Shown piece by piece: positions 60,131 through 64,000 of a stretch of 64,000 nt of DNA (position 1 is the first letter of the stretch; each line of letters starts with the position of its first letter). The notes beneath the pieces were generated by a model. The model was not told the origin of the DNA and did no database searches. It saw only the letters and a list, made by a program, of their open reading frames with translations. This stretch comes from a bacterium (GTDB lineage Bacteria; UBA8248), in contig CBDATS010000002.1 of the NCBI GenBank assembly GCA_965200245.1, forward strand, positions 224,001 through 288,000, in the 5' to 3' direction. A program made the position numbers and the translations under genes.

Positions 60131-60982
60131 GTGTCAAAAGTCATTCGCGTCGCCCATAGTCCGGACTCGGACGACGCCTTTATGTTCCACGCCCTGGCGA
60201 ACGGGAAGATCGCCCAGAGTGAATATGAATTCGTCCACGAACTCCACGACATCGAAACGCTGAACCAAGCCGCTTTCGAGGGCAAATACGAAGTGAGCGC
60301 CATCAGCTTTCATGCGTATTGCTACCTGGCGAATCGTTATGCCATCCTGCCGCACGGGGCGAGTTTCGGAGAGAATTACGGACCGGTCATCATCTCGCGC
60401 GAGCCGATGACGCCCGAAGCGCTCCGGGACGTGGAAATCGCCATTCCGGGTCGCCTGACAACGGCGTATCTTACGCTTCGCCTCTATGCCGGGGGAGAAG
60501 AGCCCAAACATCGCGTGGTGCATTTCGAACGGATCATGGACGAGGTGAAAAAAGGAGCTTCTCCGGCGGGGCTTCTCATCCACGAGGGCCAGCTCACCTA
60601 CGAGGAGGAGGGTTTTCATCTCGTGGAGGACCTTGGCAAGTGGTGGATGCGCGAAACCGGAGGTCCCCTGCCCCTGGGCTGCAACGTCATCCGAAAGGAC
60701 CTGGGTTCCGACGTGGTCAGCGAGGTCAGCCGCCTGCTGCATCAAAGCATCGTCTACGCGCTTGAGAACCGAGACGAGGCACTCGACCACGCCATGGCAT
60801 ATGCCAGGGATTTGCCGCGCGACAAGGCGGACATCTTCGTCGGCATGTACGTGAACGAATGGACGCGCTCGTACGGCGATGCCGGGAAGAGGGCCGTCTT
60901 CACACTGTTGAACCGCGCCGCCGGGGCGGGCATCATACCGGAGAAAATAGAGCCGGAATTCGTATCCTCACCCAACGAATGA
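60131..60982 (+). CDS. mqnD: futalosine-pathway MqnD-like (MqnA/MqnD family) protein
   Basis: AHSPDSDDAFMF, DIETLN, IAIPG..TTA, GLLIHEGQLTY, PLPLG, MYVN. Confidence 0.8.
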   Translation: MSKVIRVAHSPDSDDAFMFHALANGKIAQSEYEFVHELHDIETLNQAAFEGKYEVSAISFHAYCYLANRYAILPHGASFGENYGPVIISREPMTPEALRDVEIAIPGRLTTAYLTLRLYAGGEEPKHRVVHFERIMDEVKKGASPAGLLIHEGQLTYEEEGFHLVEDLGKWWMRETGGPLPLGCNVIRKDLGSDVVSEVSRLLHQSIVYALENRDEALDHAMAYARDLPRDKADIFVGMYVNEWTRSYGDAGKRAVFTLLNRAAGAGIIPEKIEPEFVSSPNE

Positions 60983-60999
60983 CGAACGGAGGTGGATTC

Positions 61000-61383
61000 A
61001 TGCTGGCTGGAATGCACCACATATCCATCAGCGTCGATGACCTGGAAGAAGCCCGCGACTTTTACGCCGGACTGCTGGAGCTTGCGGAAATCGACCGTCC
61101 GAACCTGCCGAATCCGGGCTACTGGTTCCAGGCAGGGGCCTGCCAGCTTCATCTCACGGGACGCCGGGATCGCGCGAGCGAAACGGGCATCCCGGGCACG
61201 GGGGCCGGTGAAACACACTTCGCCTTCGCTGCGTCTGAACTGGAACCCGTAAAGGAAAGGCTCGAAATGGCGGGCGTGGACGTGAAAGACGGTATCAACG
61301 CCGGGTTGGGATTGCGACAACTGTTCTTCAGGGATCCCTCGGACAACCTTGTGGAAGTATTCTGCACACTGGACGAATCATGA
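61000..61383 (+). CDS. VOC/glyoxalase family protein
   Basis: HHISI.V.DL..A..FY, QLHL, HFAF, QLFFRDPSDNLVE. Confidence 0.88.
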   Translation: MLAGMHHISISVDDLEEARDFYAGLLELAEIDRPNLPNPGYWFQAGACQLHLTGRRDRASETGIPGTGAGETHFAFAASELEPVKERLEMAGVDVKDGINAGLGLRQLFFRDPSDNLVEVFCTLDES

Positions 61384-61439
61384 TGGAAATTACGGGAAAT
61401 TTTCCGTCGATTTTCTTTTGCGGGCTGGCTTTGATGCCT

Positions 61440-61633
61440 CGCTCGCTGCTTTCATCATCCGGTACGCAACCCCCGATTCGGCGGCGAAAACCAGAATGCC
61501 GGGCACCTCTCGCAACCACCCGGCCATCTGTCCACCACCTGAAATAATCAGGGCGTTGGAGTTTCCGAAATACATGGGCGAGGAACACGGATGTCTGCCT
61601 GAAAAAACCCGGGCGCGGGTTCTGGCAGCCTGA
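61440..61633 (+). pseudogene. C-terminal relic of polyamine ABC substrate-binding protein (PotD/PotF-like)
   Basis: IRYATPDSAAK..NHPAICPPPEII..LEF resembles the PotD-family C-terminus; no N-terminus. Confidence 0.45.
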
Positions 61634-61652
61634 TTCATACAGGGACACCACC

Positions 61653-62081
61653 ATGAAGCGAAACAGATTTCACCTGGCCGGGGCCGTGCCTTGGCGGAAA
61701 ACGGAAGAGGGATTGGAAATCCTGCTCATCACGACACGCGACAGGCCCGTGGACGAAGACTATCTCTGGTGGATAGTGCCCCAGGGCGGCGTGGAACCGG
61801 GGCAGACCGCCCGGGAGGCCGCCATCGTCGAAACATGGGAAGAGGCGGGTGTTCGCGGCGTGGTGTCGCAGGAACCATTCGCATACTATGAATATCCTAC
61901 CGGCATGGGAAAGTGCCGGGTCGACATCTTCGAGTTGGAAGTCGAAGTCGTCGAGGACGATTGGCCCGAGAGCCACGAGCGAAAGCGCGTCTGGCTCTCT
62001 GCCGCGGACGCCCTTGAGGCGATTTCCGGGGATACGCTCAGAAACATCCTGGAAGAATTTGTCCGCATAAACGGGGACTAG
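61653..62081 (+). CDS. NUDIX hydrolase
   Basis: P.GGVEPG....AA..ETWEEAGV Nudix box, WPE..RKR.W. Confidence 0.9.
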   Translation: MKRNRFHLAGAVPWRKTEEGLEILLITTRDRPVDEDYLWWIVPQGGVEPGQTAREAAIVETWEEAGVRGVVSQEPFAYYEYPTGMGKCRVDIFELEVEVVEDDWPESHERKRVWLSAADALEAISGDTLRNILEEFVRINGD

Positions 62082-62376
62082 ATTTTTCGCGCCGCGATGA
62101 GCGTGCGATTGCAGTGCAGATACAAGGGCGCAGCCGAAAAACCGGCAGCCTCAAGCCATTCGAGTTGCTCACCCGGACTTGCGGGACAATCCCCCTTCCC
62201 ATCATATCGCTCTCGATTCTCGATATTCCTGAAACGTCATCGACACATCCAAATCATGACTGAGGCGATTCCAGACGCGCTCATATTCTTCGGGCAAGTC
62301 GTCGAAGCGCATCTCAAACCTGTCGAGGAAATAAAACGCGCCGCCCGGACGAAGGAATTCGAATACCATATTGTTG
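62078..62376 (-). pseudogene. C-terminal relic of class I SAM methyltransferase
   Basis: FLRPGGAFYFLD, frameshift, then EQLEWLEAAGF..LIAARKI stop. Confidence 0.5.
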
Positions 62377-62462
62377 ATTCGCCCGATCGGGATTGTCCCG
62401 CCTGACGTTCACCTTGTCCCAACTTCTGGCGAACCCCTTCTCCCCCCAGGCGTCTTTCGCCA

Positions 62463-63845
62463 TCAAACGGCCTTGCACGCGTTTATCAATGCACTCGCGT
62501 CGGGCGCCATCTCGAACGTCAGGCCAGCCTCCACGGCGGCGTCGAACTTGTGTTCGGGCAGGACACGGCTTGCGTTTCCCCGGAATTTGGCCTCCACATC
62601 CGCCGATCCCATCGGGTTTTCGGGGTTGCCCCAGTTGACGGGTTCATCGCGTTCCAGGACACGGCCATCCCTGAGCATCATCCGCACACCACCATGCAGG
62701 TATTTGGGAAATCTCTCAGAATCCACGCTCGTACACCTCACCTTTCCGGCAAGTTCGAGCACCTGCGCGTCGCCCAAATGCTCTTCCTCGAAATCATCAA
62801 GCGTGGCACGGCCCTTCACCACGTTCACTGCAAGACAATAGGGCAGGCTGAAAAGCGCCGCATACTGTGTGTTGGGTCTTCGCTTGTGCTCGATGGGTTC
62901 GCACACGATGTGGAGGATCGGATCGGGCGTGATGGTCTCGATATCCACGATCTCATCGAGAGATATTCCCGCCTCGCGTACCAGGTTCTTCGCCGCATCC
63001 ATCGTCGCGTGATTGAAATGGCAGCAGGGATAGGGTTTGAACGAAATGCGCAGTGTCTCCCAGCGCTCCCCGAGGCCGCCTGCCAGGATGTCCTCATCGC
63101 AGGAAGGATCGCCTAAATGCGTAGCGTAAAGACCGAACCTGCCTTCCAATACCTTTCGGGGACCCATGAATCCATGCCCCGCCATCTGTGCGGCGGTGAC
63201 GCCTGCATGAGAGGCCCAACCCGGATGAAAGCGCTTCACCCAACTCCCGTCGTCCAGAAATTCCTGAATCCCCGCTGCCTGGCTCCCGCAAACGCCGAAT
63301 GCGTTGGCGATGACCTCCGGCGAGTGGTTCATCAGACGCCCCATGATGGCCGCCGCCCCGAAGGCACCGCAAATCGGCGTGGCGTGGTAGCCCTCTGCGT
63401 GAAACGCTCCCGGCACTGCGCCTCCGATTCTGGCAATGACCTCATAACCCGCCACCATTGCCGCCAGTATCTCCCGCCCGCTCGCGCCTGCGGCCTCGCC
63501 CGCCGCCAGAGCCGTGGGTACCACGCAGGCACTCATGTGGGTGATGGAATCCGTATGGGTGTCGTCGAAATCAAGACCGTGTACGTAGCTTCCGTTCACC
63601 ATGGCAGCATGGGCAACGGGCAGTCTGTCCCCGTAACGCCAGACGGTTGCCTGGGGCGAACCGCCCCAATCACGCGCCGTTTTCGTAACAGCATCGGCGT
63701 AGGGCTCGCGCGTTGCGGCCAAGCCTATCCCCAGTGCGTCCAATAAATGCAGTTTCGCCTTTTCAATCACTTGCCCTGGAATGTCCTCGTAAGACAGGCC
63801 GGCGGCGAAACGCGCCAGTTTGTCGCTCATGGTTTCCATGTTCAT
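62463..63845 (-). CDS. MmgE/PrpD family protein
   Basis: NG...HGLDFDDTH, GYHAT, KRFHPGW, FKPYPCC, FSLPY. Confidence 0.92.
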   Translation of the reverse strand: MNMETMSDKLARFAAGLSYEDIPGQVIEKAKLHLLDALGIGLAATREPYADAVTKTARDWGGSPQATVWRYGDRLPVAHAAMVNGSYVHGLDFDDTHTDSITHMSACVVPTALAAGEAAGASGREILAAMVAGYEVIARIGGAVPGAFHAEGYHATPICGAFGAAAIMGRLMNHSPEVIANAFGVCGSQAAGIQEFLDDGSWVKRFHPGWASHAGVTAAQMAGHGFMGPRKVLEGRFGLYATHLGDPSCDEDILAGGLGERWETLRISFKPYPCCHFNHATMDAAKNLVREAGISLDEIVDIETITPDPILHIVCEPIEHKRRPNTQYAALFSLPYCLAVNVVKGRATLDDFEEEHLGDAQVLELAGKVRCTSVDSERFPKYLHGGVRMMLRDGRVLERDEPVNWGNPENPMGSADVEAKFRGNASRVLPEHKFDAAVEAGLTFEMAPDASALINACKAV

Positions 63846-63871
63846 CTCCTGGTCTTGAATCCCGTCCGCCT

Positions 63872-64000
63872 TTATGCGAGATGCCCTGCCAGCTTATCCA
63901 TCGTCTCGATATAATCCAGAGCCAGGGCGGCGTCCACCAGCGCGTCCTGTGCGTCGGGCGAAATCACGCCGCCCGTAATCTGTTTGAATTTCTGCACCAC
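63872..64000 (-). CDS. 3' end of upstream gene, probably another MmgE/PrpD protein (partial)
   Basis: VVQKFKQITGGVISPDAQDALVDAALALD..LA stop; resembles the PrpD C-terminal helix. Confidence 0.5.
   Translation of the reverse strand: MVQKFKQITGGVISPDAQDALVDAALALDYIETMDKLAGHLA

Overview
GC-rich bacterial chromosomal segment (roughly 60% GC by eye) with no rRNA, tRNA or CRISPR seen. Intact core and metabolic genes include a selenium-dependent Mo-hydroxylase maturation operon (RidA-yqeB-AAA-VWA-yqeC-xdhC), pdxA, cca, pyrR, leuA, rsmD, a 2-oxoacid dehydrogenase E1a/E1b/E2, pepA, mqnD and an AtzD-like heterocycle catabolic cluster. These alternate with decaying accessory islets: a broken NotI-family/Dam-like RM pair, a transglycosylase + nucleotidyltransferase pair, HTH-ImmA + PIN, and dcm-vsr-EcoRII-like RM next to an integrase relic. 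The most notable signals are (1) two orphan NHLP/proteusin RiPP precursor loci 19 kb apart that share a ~118-bp non-coding upstream element, each followed immediately by a coupled ORF resembling a truncated leader end plus a second aromatic-rich core, with locus 2 lying between 69-bp direct repeats; (2) a deiodinase-like selenoprotein split at an in-frame UGA with a SECIS-like hairpin; (3) an unannotated 31-aa gene with its own promoter, RBS and terminator; (4) a possible oriC at ~28.4-28.6 kb. The content suggests a marine host-associated (e.g. sponge) bacterium with erosion of accessory genes, but that is inference only.
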